DNA from: Antedon mediterranea
Lineage: Eukaryota > Animalia > Echinodermata
Direction of reading: 5' to 3'
Length of the DNA: 64,000 nt
Assembly (NCBI RefSeq): GCF_964355755.1
Contig: NC_092670.1
Span: 14,494,795 to 14,558,794, forward strand
A program made the translations under genes and the position numbers. Position 1 is the stretch's first letter; every line of letters begins with the position of its first letter. The notes under the pieces are model-generated. The model searched no databases. It had not been told where the DNA came from and worked only from the letters and a program-made list of their open reading frames with translations. This document shows positions 21,061-34,931 of this stretch, piece after piece.

Positions 21061-21592
21061 TGCTTCTTAATCAATGTCTGAAAAATTAATAAATTTCCTC
21101 AAAATGACTTTGGGTATGAGACGGCTGATTAGGGCCTACATGTAGTCTCAATGCTAATTTCATTTAATATTCACAAACAATAAAATCTGAATTATGTAAA
21201 TGTTTCATAATAGAAAATGCCTACAAAATAACAGGCAACAGTTCACAAAGTAAGGAAAATATGTTTTCTCCGTTTAACAGATAATCTACTAATACTCACA
21301 GCTGTAGCTGACACTGTAGGCCTATATTTCCTACAATCTAAAAAATACAAGTAAAAACATTAATAATGGCAATAAACAACATAAAAACTTTTTCCAAATC
21401 AACATGCTTCTTAATCAATGTCTGAAAAATTAAGAAATTTCCTCAAAATGACTTTGGGTATGGGCCGGCTGATTACATGTGGTCTCAATGCTAATTTCAT
21501 TTAATATTTTAATCACAAACAATAAAATCTGAATTATGTAAATGTTTCATAATAGAAAATAATGCCTAAAAAATAAAAGGCAACAGTTCACT
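21061..21592. repeat. ~190-bp direct repeat pair (21061-21247 and ~21405-21592), also in A2 at ~45333-45863
   Basis: TGCTTCTTAATCAATGTCTGAAAAATTAA...GGCAACAGTTCAC occurs twice. Confidence 0.85.
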
Positions 21593-21777
21593 CCCAATCA
21601 TGAGGCCATTAATCATCTCTACAAATTATTTATTTTAATTTATGTACACTACTTACGATATTCTAGAGATTATGAAGTAAAAACAATGTTATTACACTAT
21701 TGTTTATCTCTTCCAACAGCTACAAGACAAAAATATATTCTATAAAATATATTATAAAAATCAAAAATCAACATTTG

Positions 21778-22466
21778 GGCGCTAGTTCTGTTTCGCACCT
21801 GTCATTTATTTCGATTCAAAATTTGTTTAGTAACTTTATCGTGAGTACCACACCTTAGAATTAGGCCTCAAATACTTTTATGAAGGAGATCACACAAAAA
21901 GTAAAAAATAAATCCTTTAAATTGATGAATTTACAGACGTGTTTCTCGCACATCGGTTCGTGAATTTCGCATAGGCCTACGCCATGTTCAATGTTGTTGT
22001 GTCTATGGAGCGCCAATTGACATTGGCAAAATATATTAAAATTGAACGTAATTTTCACTAATAAATGCATTAAATATACGCATTATAATAATTGAGTTTT
22101 CAGCTCTCTATTATGATTGCTCTTTTGGCGCTCCATAGAAACAACAACATTGAACACAAAATTCACTAATCGATGTGCGATAAGCACGTCTGTAAATTCA
22201 TCAATTAAAAAAATGTATTTGTTACTTTTTGTGTGATCTTCTTCGTAAAAGTATTTTTGCGGCCTAATTCTAAGTTGTGGTACTCACGATAAAGTTACTA
22301 GGCCTAAACAAATTTTGAGTCGAAATATATGACAGGTGCGAAACGGAACTAGCGCCAACAGTATTTTTGCGGCCTAATTCTAAGTTGTGGTACTCACGAT
22401 AAAGTTACTAGGCCTAAACAAATTTTGAGTCGAAATATATGACAGGTGCGAAACGGAACTAGCGCC
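21778..22466. mobile_element. Foldback/MITE with ~240-bp TIRs and 8-bp TSD nested in A1
   Basis: GGCGCTAGTT...AACTAGCGCC flanked by AACATTTG at 21770-21777 and 22467-22474; the last ~110 bp of the right TIR are tandemly duplicated. Confidence 0.85.
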
Positions 22467-24248
22467 AACATTTGTAACAATGAGATAAGACAGGTGCGAA
22501 AGGGAACTACGCTGACCTACACTACTACTAGGACTACTAGACTGACCTACAACATGCTATAATTGTAAGCTCATTCAACGAGTCGTTGTTTCTTCTCTTT
22601 AATTAAGAACTTATAAACTAAAAACTAAAGTTAATATATATATCCAAGGTGCAAAAGGAAACTAGCACCGTTTAGTCCTACTAAAAACAGGCTAGGCCTA
22701 GGTACACTGTGTAGTTCATATTTAACATACACATCAGGCCATACACGATTGTCGTGCTGCTCCGGAAGCCATCGGGCAGAAAAACTTCACGACGTTTGTC
22801 ATCTCTCAAACTACAGCCTTCCCGTATGGTGTATAGCACACTAAACACATGCCTCTATATCAATCATATTAGGCCTAGCTAGCCTAGAGGGTAAGTAGAA
22901 ATTACAAAACAACTACAAATTAAACAATCCACATAATTTCTTACCTATTTCTAAACAAACTTGAGTTTGTTATCAAGTTTGTTATTTCTTAATATTCTTT
23001 ATATATAAAATAGTATTTGTAATACAGTATTATCAAAGTTATTAATAAAGTTTTCTTGTATCTTGTATCAGAACGACTCTGTACAAACCAACCAACATGG
23101 AGTTATCAACACATGAAGTATGGCATGCAATCCTCGCCAAAATTACCAATATGTAACGAATAACGGAAATTAGTTGTGCATCGCGTATCTCTAAAACGTG
23201 TAAACATAACATTTCATAACTTTGACAGCATATGGGCATTTACGTGAAGTTGTGCACCTCCTATTTTTAAATGACTTCAGAGTTGCGTAACATGACTTAC
23301 GCGCGTTTTTACGAAATTCGCGAATTTAACATAGATCGAAAACCATATAACAATTTAAAGTTTAATTTATATCTTGCGCTAACTGACTATGGAAAAATGG
23401 CATGTTTCACGCGAAGTTACGCGCGCACGTGCGTTTAAAATCTAAAAACGCGAAAAATCAATTTCTAATCAATTTTCTACGCGTTTCATGTCATTTTAAA
23501 CATATAAAAATTCCCACGCGCGCGCATTTTTACGCGCGCGTGCGCATGTAGCGTTATTGTTGTTTTTCCAGCCTTTTCTAGTAATTTTACCAATTTTAAA
23601 ACAATTTCGACTTAATATCACGTCATACGAGCACGTAGAATTTGACAATTTGCGCGCGTTTTTGATAAAAAAGTTAAAAAATTCGTCAAAATTATGCTTC
23701 TTTTTAAACAGTCATAAATTCTAAACTACACGGTCAACTTTTTGTGGATGACATATTCTGGAAGATGATGAGTTGTAAATATCGGATCATGCATCGATAT
23801 GGCTAACCGGACATTTTAACGTCATCGTATGGCCACTCGAATATAAAATATAGGATTTTTGTCTCTTTCGTCATAGCTCGTCACATTTAATAGAGCGCAT
23901 CTCCACTTATCCGTATTCCATTGCCTTCCATTTTTTTTGTATTGTCTAGGTCAATCAATTATCTTTCGCATGATTTACCATTTTTTGAAATTGTTATGAC
24001 GTCATCATGTGCAAAAGCGTCAGTAACTTTGGTCACTTATTTTCACCTATTCTGCACTGTATGTTGTACCTATACAGTATATAGCGTATACCGTATATAC
24101 TTATACGTGACGCAAAATAGAGAGCGCGCTAAATTTTTTTTCAATGGCATAATCGTTTTTCTGCGCGCAATATTCTGACGTGTGGCGTGCGAGTGGCTTT
24201 TGCGATGCGGATAACCTAACTCGTCCGTAGTGACGAGTTCAAATCTAG

Positions 24249-25460
24249 TTGGTTATCCGCACTTTGGCGGATAACCTCTTGTTATTGTCAGGATCTTTTT
24301 TTTTTTTTTCTTTTTTTTCTTTTTTCTTCTTTCTTTCCCAGAATTTTGTTGCGCGTGTATCTCAAAATCTTCTTAACATAACATTGTATAACTTTATCAG
24401 AAGATTGACCTCTGTCTGAAGATGTCGTAATAAGGTTTTCGGTCCAGTCCGAGTTGCGCAGCGTAACTTACGCGCGATTTTATGAATTTCAATGATTGAT
24501 CATAGATTAAAAACCAAAAGTAATTTTGTTTTGAAACTTTGTGAAAATTTAAGTCATATTAATCGGAAACTTTCTATGGATTAAAAATGGCAGGTTGCGC
24601 AGAAAGTTACGCGCGCACGCGCATTTAAAATTTCAAAATGCGAAAAATCAATTTCTAATCAACTTTCTACGCGTTTCATGTCATTTTGAGCTTTTCAAAA
24701 ATTCCCACGCGTGCGCAATTTTTTTACGCGCGCGTGCACACGTAGCGCAAAAACATCCTTTTTTTTCTTGATTTTTGTTTTTTCAGCCTTTTCTAGTAAA
24801 TTTATCAATTTTAAATCAATTTCGACTTAAAATCACGTCATACGAGCACGTAGAATTAAACAATTTACGCGCATTTTTTATGAAAAAGTTCAAAAATTAG
24901 TCAAAATTATGCCTTTTTTTAAACAGTCATACATTCTAAACTACGTGGTGAACTTTTTTATAATTACATATTCTGGTAATAGATGAGTTGCAGATATCAA
25001 ATCATGCATCAATATGGCTAACCGGACATTGTGACGTCATCATATGGCCACTCGTATATAAAATATAGGATTTTTGTCTCTTTCCTCGTAGCTCGTCACA
25101 TTTAATATAGCGCATCTCCACTTATTTGTTTTCCATTTCCGCCCATTTTTTTATGTTGTCTAGGTCTATCAATTATCTTTCGCACGATTCACAATTTTAA
25201 AAATTGTGATGCCGTCATCATGTTCAAAAGCGTCAATAACTTTGGTCACTTATTTTCACCTATTCTGCACTGTATGTAGTACGTATACAGTATATAGTGT
25301 ATACCGTATATACTCAGACGTGACGAAAAATAAAGAGCACGCTGAAATTGTTTCAATTACTTAATCGTTTTTCTGCGCGCAATATTTTAACGTACGACGT
25401 GCACGTGGCCTTTGCGCTGCGGATAACCTAACTCGTCCGTAGTGACGAGTTCAAATCTAG
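24249..25460 (+). mobile_element. Complete non-autonomous Helentron unit
   Basis: Left hairpin terminus at 24249, right terminus CTAG at 25460. Confidence 0.85.
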
Positions 25461-28400
25461 TTGGTTATCCGCACTTGGCGGATAACCCCTTGTTATTGTC
25501 AGGATCTTTTTTTTTTTTTTTTTTATTTTTCTTTTTTTTGGTTATCCGCACTTGGCGGATAACCCCTTGTTATTGTCAGGATCTTTTTTTTTTTTTTATT
25601 TTTCTTTTTGGTTATCCGCACTTGGCGGATAACCCCTTGTTATTGTCAGGATCTTTTTTTTTTTATTTTTTTTCTTTTTTTTCTTTTTTCTTCTTTCTTT
25701 CCACGAATTTTGTTGCAAGCATATCTCTAATTCTGGCTAACAAATGATTGTATAACTTTGTCATAAGATTGAACTATATCTGTAGATGTGCAAGAAACTT
25801 TGTTTTTTGATTTTCGAGTCGCGCAGCGTAAGTTACGCTCGATTTTATGAATTTCAATGATTGATCATAGATTAAAAACCAAAAGTCATTTTGTATTGAA
25901 ACTTGGTGAAAATTTAAGTCATATCATGCGCAAACTTTCTATGGATTAAAAATGGCATGGTTTTAAAAAGTTACGCGCGCACGCGCGTTTAAAATTTCAA
26001 AATGCGATAAATCAATTTCTAATCAACTTTCTATGCGTTTCATGTCATTTTGAGCATTTCAAAAATTCCCACGCGTGCGCAATTTTTTTACGCGCGCGTG
26101 CGCACGTAGCGCAAAAACATCTTTTTTTTGCTTGATTTTTATTTTTTCAGCCTTTTCTAGTAAATTTATAAATTTTCAATCAATTTCGACTTATAATCAC
26201 GTCACACGAGCACGTAGAATTGGATAATTTGCGCGTGTTTTTGATGAAAAACTTCAAAAAATCGTCAAAATTAGACCTTTTTTTAAACTGTCATAACTTC
26301 TAAACTACGTGGTGAACTTTTTTAAAATTACATATTCTGGAAGTAGATGAGTTGTTTTTCTCGAATCATGCATTGATATGGCTAACCGGACATTGTGACG
26401 TCATCGTATGGCCACCCGAATATAAAATATAAGATTTTTTTCTCTTTCGTCATAGCTCGTCAAATTTAATAGAGCGCATCTCCACTTATCCGTATTCCAT
26501 TTCACTCAATTTTTTTATATTGTCTAGATCAATCAATTATCTTTCGCATGATTCACCATTTTTAAAATTGTGATGACGTCATCATGTTCAAATGCGTCAA
26601 TAACTTTGGTCACTTATTTTCACCTATTCTGCACTGTATGCAGTACGTATACAGTATATAGTGTATACCGTACACACTTAGACGCGACACAAAATAGAGG
26701 GCTCACTAACATTTTTTCAATGGCATAATCGTTTTTCTGCGCGCAATATTCTAACTTAGGTGTCATGCGCGTGGGTTTTGCGAGGCGGATAACCTAACTC
26801 GTCCGTAGTGACGAGTTCAAATCTAGTTCTCTTTTTTTTTCTATTTTCTTCTTTCTTTCCACAAATTTTGTTGCTAGTGTATCTCTAAATCTTCTTAACA
26901 TAACATTGTATAACTTTATCAGAAGATTGACCTCTATCTGAAGATGTCGTAATAAGGTTTTCAGTCGCGTCCGAGTTGCGCAGCGTAAGTTACGAGCGAT
27001 TTTATGAATTTCAATGATTGATCATAGAATAAAACCTAAAAGTTTTTTTGTATTGAAACTTGGTGAAAATTTAAGTCATATAATGCGCAAACTTTCTATG
27101 GATTAAAAATTGCATGCTTCACAAAAAGTTACGCGCGCACGCGCGTTTGAAATTTCAAAATGCGAAAAATCAATTTCTAATCAACTTTCTACGCGTTTCA
27201 TGTCATTTTGAGCATTTCAAAAATTCCAACGCGTGCGCAATTTTTTTACGCGCGCGTGCGCACGTAGCGCAAAAACATCATTTTTTTGCTTGATTTTTGT
27301 TTTTCCTGTCTTTTTTAGTAAATTTACCAACTTTCAAACAATTTCAACTTAAAATCACGTCATACGAGCACGTAGAATTAAACAATTTACGCGCATTTTT
27401 GATGAAAAAGTTCAAAAATTTGTCAAAATTATGCCTTTTTTTAAACAGTCATAGATTCTAAACTACGTGGTGAACTTTTTTAAAATTACATATTCTGAAT
27501 GTAGATGAGTTGTAGATATCGAATCATGCATCGATTTGGCTAACCGGACATTGTGACGTCATCGTATGGCCACACAAATATCAAATATAGGATTTTTGTC
27601 TCTTTCGTCATAGCTCATCACATTTAATAGAGCGCATCTCCACTTATCCGTATTCCATTTTCCCCCATTTTTATATATTGTCTAGGTCAATCAATTATCT
27701 TTCGATTGATTCACCATTTTTAAAATTGTTATGACGTCATCATGTCCAAAAGCGTCAATAACTTTGGTCACTTATTTTCACCTATTCTACACTGTATGTA
27801 GTACGTATACAGTATATAGTGTATACCGTATATACTTAGACGTGACACAAAATAGAGGGCGCACTAACATTTTTTTCAGTGGCATAATCGTTTTTCTGCA
27901 CGCAACATTCTAACGTATGACGTGCACGTGGCTTTTGCGCTGCGGATAACCTAACTCGTCCGTAGTGACGAGTTCAAATCTAGTTTTTTCTTTTTTTTCT
28001 TTTTTCTTCTTTCTTTCCCAGAATTTTGTTGCGCGTGTATCTCAAAATCTTCTTAACATAACATTGTATAACTTTATCAGAAGATTGACCTCTATCTGAA
28101 GATGTCGTAATAAGGTTTTCGGTCCAGTCTGAGTTGCGCAGCGTAAGTTACGCGCGATTTTATGAATTTCAATGATTGATCGTAGATTAAAAACCAAAAG
28201 TAATTTTGTATTGAAACTTGGTGAAAATTTAAGTCATATTATGCGCAAACTTTCTATGGATTAAAAATGGCATGTTGCGCAGAAAGTTACGCGCGCACGC
28301 GCGTTTAAAATTTCAAAATGCGAAAAATCAACTTCTAATCAACTTTCTACGCGTTTCATGTCATTTTGAGCATTTCAAAAATTACCACACGTGCGCAATT

Positions 28401-31400
28401 TTTTTACGCGCGCGTGCGCACGTAGCGCAAAAACATCATTTTTTGGCTTGATTTTTGTTTTTCCTGTCTTTTTTTAGTAGATTTACCAACTTTCAAAAAA
28501 TTTCGACTTAAAATCACGTCATACGAGCACGTAGAATTGAAAAATTTGCGCGCGTTTTTGATGAAAAAGTTCAAAAATTCGTGAAAATTATGCCTTTTTT
28601 TAAAATGTCATAGATTCTAAACTACGTGGTGAACTTTTTTAAAATTACAGATTCTGGAAGTAGATGAGTTGTAGATATCGAATCATGCATCAATATAGCT
28701 AACGGGACATTGTGACGTCATCGTATGGCCACTCAAATATAAAATATAGGATTTTTTTCACTTTCGTCTTAGCTCATCACATTTAATAGAGCGCATCTCC
28801 ACTTATCCGTATTCCATTGCCCTCCATTTCTTTATATTGTCTAGGTCAGTCAATTATCTTTCGCATGATTCACCATTTTAGAAATTGTGATGACGTCATC
28901 ATGTCCAAAAGCGTCAATAACTAGGGTCTCTTATTTTCACCTATTCTGCACTGTATGTAGTACGTATACAGAATATAGTGGATACCGTATACACTTTGAC
29001 GTGACGCAAAATAGAGAGCGCACTAACATTTTCTCGATGGCATAATCGTTTTTCTGCGCGCAATATTCTAACGTATGATGTGCACGTGGCGTTTGCGAGG
29101 CGGATAACCTAACTCGTCCGTAGTGACGAGTTCAAATCTAGTTTTTCTTTCTTATTCTTCTTTCTTTCCCAGAATTTTGTTGCGCGTGTATCTCTAAATC
29201 TTCACAACATAACATTATATAACTTTATCAAAAGATTTACCTCTATCTGAAGATGTCGTAATAAGGTTTTCGGTACCGTCCGAGTTGCGCAGCGTAAGTT
29301 ACGAGCGATTTTATGAATTTCGAGAATTTCATTTAGATCGAAAACTATTAAACCATTTAAATTGAAACTTGGCAAAAGTTTAATTTATATCATGCGCTAA
29401 ATTTCTATGGAGAGAAAATTGCATGTTTTACAGAAAGTTACGCGCGCACGCGCGTTTAAAATTTCAAAATGTGAAAAATCAATTTCTAATCAACTTTCTA
29501 CACGTTTCATGTCATTTTGAGCATTTCAAAAATTCCAACGCGTGCGCACTTTTCTTACGCGCGCGTGCGCACGTAGCGCAAAAACATCTTTTTTTTGCTT
29601 GATTTTTGTTTTTCCAGCCTTTTCTAGTAAATTTACCAATTTTCAATCAATTTCGACTTAAAATCACGTCATACGAGCACGTAGAATTGAACAATTTGCG
29701 CGCGTTTTTGATGAAAAAGTTTAAAAATTCGTGAAAATTATGCCTTTTTTAAAAAAGTCATAGATTCTAAACTACGTAGTGAACTTTTTTTAAATTACAC
29801 ATTCTGAAAGTAGATGAGTTGTAGATATTGAATCATGCATCAATATAGCTAACCGGACATTGTGACGTCATCGTATGGCCACTCAAATATAAAATATAGG
29901 ATTTTTGTCTCTTTCGTCATAGCTCATCACATTTAATAGAGCGCATCTCCACTTATCCGTATTCCATTTCTCCCCATTTTTACATATTGTCTAGGCCAAT
30001 CAAATATCTTTCGCATGATATATCGTTTTTAAAATTGTGATGACGTCATCATGTCCAAAAGCGTCAATAACTTTGGTCACTTCTTTTCACCTTTTCTGCA
30101 CTGTATGTAGTACGTATACAGTATATAGTGTATACCGTATATACTTAGACGTGACACAAAATAGAGGGCACACTAACATTTTTTTCAATGGCATAATCGT
30201 TTTTCTGCGCGCAATATTCTAACGTATTACGTGCACGTGGCTTTTGCGCTGCGGATAACCTAACTCGTCCGTAGTGACGAGTTCAAATCTAGTTTTTTTT
30301 TTATTTTTTTTCTTTTTTTTCTTTTTTCTTCTTTCTTTCCCAGAATTTTGTTGCGCGTGTATCTCTAAATCTTCTTAACATAACATTGTATAACTTTATC
30401 AGAAGATTGACCTCTATCTGAAGATGTCGTAATAAGGTTTTCGGTCCCGTCCGAGTTGCGCAGCGTAAGTTACGCGTGATTTTATGAATTTCAATTATTG
30501 ATCATAGATTAAAAACCAAAAGTCATTTTGTATTGAAACTTGGTGAAAATTTAAGTCATATTAAGCGCAAACTTTCTATGGATTAAAAATGGCAGGTTGT
30601 GCAGTAAGTTACGCGCGCACGCGCGTTTAAAATTTCAAAATGCAAAAAATCAACTTCTAATCAACTTTCTACGCGTTTCATGTCATTTTGAGCATTTCAA
30701 AAATTCCTACACGTGCGCAATTTTTTTACGCGCGCGTGCGCACGTAACGCAAAAACATCATTTTTTGGCTTGAATTTTGTTTTTCCTGTTTTTTTTTAGT
30801 AGATTTACCAACTTTCAAACAATTTCGACTAAAAATCACGTCATACGAGCACGTAGAATTGAAAAATTTGCGCGCGTTTTTGATGAAAAAGTTAAAAAAT
30901 TCGTGAAAATTATGCCTTTTTTAAAAAAGTCATAGATTGTAAACTACGTGGTGAACTTTTTTAAAATTACATATTCTGGAAGTTGATTAGTTGTAGATTT
31001 CGAATCATGCATCGATATGGCGAACCGGACATTGTGACGTCATCGTTTGGCCACTCAAATATGAAATATAGGATTTTTGTCTCTTTCGTCATAGCTCGTC
31101 ACATTTAATAGAGCGCATCTCCCCTTATCCGTATTCCATTGCCCTCTATTTTTTATATTGTCTAGGTCAATCAATTATCTTTCGCATGATTCACCATTTT
31201 TAAAATTTTTATGACGTCATCTTGTTCAAAAGCGTCAATAACTTTGGTCCCTTATTTTCACCTATTCTGAACTGTACGTAGTACATATACAGTATATAGT
31301 ACATACTGTATATACTCAGACGTGACACAAAATAGAGAGCGCACTAACATTTTTTCAATGTCATTAATCGTTTTTTTTTTGCGCGCAATATTCTAACGTA

Positions 31401-31466
31401 TGACGTGCACGTGGCTTTTGCGCTGCGGATAACCTAACTCGTCCGTAGTGACGAGTTCAAATCTAG
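25461..31466 (+). mobile_element. Three stacked left termini followed by five ~1.15 kb non-autonomous unit bodies
   Basis: Left cores at 25463, 25540, 25610; right-end CTAG at 26826, 27983, 29141, 30292, 31466. Confidence 0.88.
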
Positions 31467-34036
31467 TTTTTTTTTTTCTTTCTTATTCTTCTTTCTTTCC
31501 CAGAATTTTGTTGCGCGTGTATCTCTAAATTTTCTAAACATAACATTTTATAACTTTATCAGAAGATTGACTTCTATCTGAATATGTCGTAATAAGGTTT
31601 TCGGTCCCGTCCGAGTTGCGCAGCGTAAATTACGCGTGATTTTGTGAATTTCGCGTATTTACCATAGATCGAAAACCAAAAAACAATTTAAATTGAAACT
31701 TGGCAGAACTGTAATTAATATCATGCGCTAACTTTCTGTGGATTAAAAATGGCGCTTTTTGAAGAAAGTTACGTGCGCACGCGCGTTTAAAATTTCAAAA
31801 TGCGAAAAATCAATTTCTAATCAACTTTCTACGCGTTTCAGGTCATTTTGAGCATTTCAAAAATTCCCACGCGTGCGCATTTTTTTTACGCGCGCATGCG
31901 CACGTAGCGCAAAAACATATTTTTTTTGCTTGATTTTTGTTTTTTCAGCCTTTTTTAGTAAATTTACAAATTTTCAATCAATTTCGACTTAAAATCACGT
32001 CATACGAGCACGTAGAATTGAATAATTTGCGCGAGTTTTTGATGAAAAAGTTAAAAAATTTGTGAAAATTATGCCCTTTTTTAAACAGTTATAGATTGTA
32101 AACTACGTGGTGAACTTTTTTAAAATTACATATTCTTGAAGCAGATGAGTTGTAGATATCGAATCATGCATCGTTATTGCTAACCGGATATTATGACGTC
32201 ATCGTATGGCCACTCGAATATAAAATATAGGATTTTTTTCTCTTTCGTCATAGCTCATCACATCTAATAGAGCGCATCTTCACCTATCCGTATTCCATTT
32301 CCCCCTATTTTTTATATTGTCTAGGTCAATCAATGACCTTTCGCATGATTTACAATTTTTAAAATGTTTATGACGGCATCATGTGCAAAAGCGTCAATAA
32401 CTTTGGTCACTTATTTTCACCTATTCTGCACTGTATGTAGTACGTATACAGTATAGTATACTGTATCTTCTTAGACGTGACACAAAATAGAGAGCACACT
32501 ACAATGTTTTCAATTGCATAATCGTTTTTCTGTGTGCAATATTCTAACGTATGATGTGCACGTGGCGTTTGCGCTGCGGTAAACCTGAATCAAAGTTGTT
32601 TATTTTTTTCTTTTTTTTCTATTCTTCTTTCTTTCCACGAATTTTGTTCGCAGCGTATCTCTACTTCTGGTCAACATAAGATTGTATAACTTTGTCCTTT
32701 AGATGTGCAATGATGTTAGAGTCGCGCAGCGTAAGTTACGCGTGATTCTATGGAATTTTATGGTTGCTCATAAATTTTTAAGACAAACTTTACGAAAGTT
32801 TATTTCATAATATTGTGCAACTTTTGAAATGATAAAAATGGCGTGCTACGCAAAAAATTAGGCGAGTACGAGTGAAATTTTAAAATGCGCAAAATTAATT
32901 TCTATTTAATTTGCGTACATTTCAGGTCATTTTGTGCGCACAGCTCGTACAAAGCGTAGAAAACGTGTTTTGCAATTGATTTTGTTCTTATGCCTACGTT
33001 TTATAGTAGATTTCATTCATTTTCACGAATTTTTATTGCAAATTAACGATGCACGTGCATGTTAAAGTTTAGAAATCGTGTGCTAAAGAATGGGTAATAT
33101 AATACAAATTTGTTCAAACATATTCCTATTTCTATTCAGTTATAGCTCCTCAGGATGGCAGGTTACCCCATTTATTTTTTATCTATTATGGAAGCTAATG
33201 AGTTGTAGATATCAATTAATGTACAATTTGTACCTAAGGGATGTTCTGACGTCACCATATGGCCACTCAAATTTTGAAAATAGATTTTTTTCTCTTTTGT
33301 ATTAATTAATCCCATCTAATGCGTTTAAATGTTCTTGACAAATCAATTTTCTTTCACACATTAGTTAACAAAGTGACCCATGTGATTAAAACTTATAGAA
33401 ATGGTTGAATTGTGGATATGAAGTCATATACAAATTATGTCCATCTGATTTCATGACGTCATCATATGGCCAGTTGAATTTAAATAGTCAGATTTTCATA
33501 TATTTCGTAAAACTTAATCGTGTTTAAAATAGAGCGCATCTCAGGTTAACTTGCTCCAATAGTTATAACATTTCTGATAAAACTAATATTATCACAGCAT
33601 GACTGTAAAAATAATCTTTTATTTCAAGCAAATTGAAGAAAACATACAAATCTGTATAAAATGTTCCGTATACCGGTATTTATATAAGCTTTCATTGGTT
33701 ATTGCAAATGGTACAAAATTGTCAACATATAGTAGGCTGTTTATACTATACAGTAGTTCATCAACATTTTGGTGATCAGTAACTTTACTTAGTACATTAT
33801 TACATGGTAATTTGTTAGTTTAGGATTCATTAAACGCATATTTATTGATCTATTTATAGAAGATTCTTATTTTTTATCAATCATTAATATGATTAATAAT
33901 TTAATCTTTAGCCGCGTTTAGACAATTGTTATGAAAGAGCGAATGACTGCATTAGTGACTGCTAAGAATCCGGATCCCATTATAATTGAAGAAATGAAAC
34001 CATTCCACTGAACACCTGAAAACGAAAACAAAATAA

Positions 34037-34800
34037 ATTGATTATTCTTGCAAATGAGTAAAGTACTGTATTAGTAATTTCATGTGGACCTGCATAGATA
34101 GAAAAAAAAACTGAAAGTATGTTTGGACCTAATGAAGTATTGGAAATCGTATAAAACAAAATGTATTTCTTCTTCTGTAAATTGTAACTTTTTATTTTTA
34201 ACATTACTTGAATACCGGTAGATATTGAAAGATTATTATGTGCACAGATTGCAACATTGCATATTCAAATTCAGAACAATATTTATAATAATATAACTCA
34301 CATAAAAACAAGATTAAAATGTGTTTACTCACCAGATATTGTTTCTCCTATACAGGAGAATGACATGGGTTGAAGTTACAGATTATTCGCTGCCCCTCTT
34401 GCATCGATACTAAATTGATTATTTTTCCAAATGAGAAAATTACTGTATTAGTAATTTCATGTGGACCTGGATAGAAAAAAAAAGAATATAAAAAAACAAT
34501 TATACAACTGAAATTATGTATAGACCTAATGAAGTATTGGTAATCGTATAAAACAAAACGTATTTTCTTCTTCTGTGAAATGTAATTTTTATTTTCAACA
34601 TTGCTTGAATACTGGTAGATATTGAACGATTATTATGTACAGAGATTGCAACATTGCATATTCAAATTCAGAACAATATCTATAATAATATAACTCACAT
34701 AAAAACAAGATTGAAATGTGTTTAGACACCAGATATCGTTTTTCCTATACAGGAGAATGACATGGGTTGAAGTTACAGATTACTCGCTGCCTCTTGTGCA
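34037..34800. repeat. Two copies of the ~380-400 bp repeat downstream of the A2 ORF
   Basis: ACCAGATAT at ~34331 and ~34728. Confidence 0.8.
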
Positions 34801-34931
34801 TAGAGGGTCATAATGATTTTAAGCTTGTTTTTATCAAACTGTTTTTTTCAAATTTGTATCCAGTTCTATTTTCAATTCCTAAAAAGTTTTTACAGAAATA
34901 TAATTGAAATACTTAAAAGCCATTGATGCAA

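Larger units (their letters stand above)
6969..24248. mobile_element. Autonomous Helentron copy A1 (~17.3 kb; left terminus displaced into the 5360-5804 stack)
   Basis: RepHel-endonuclease ORF between ~1.1 kb family units; ends with subTIR, hairpin and CTAG at 24248. Confidence 0.88.

Noticed and set aside
6969-24248. LTR retrotransposon or LINE (direct repeats, AP endonuclease)
   Set aside because: No reverse transcriptase or integrase; HUH Rep plus PIF1 helicase define a Helentron.
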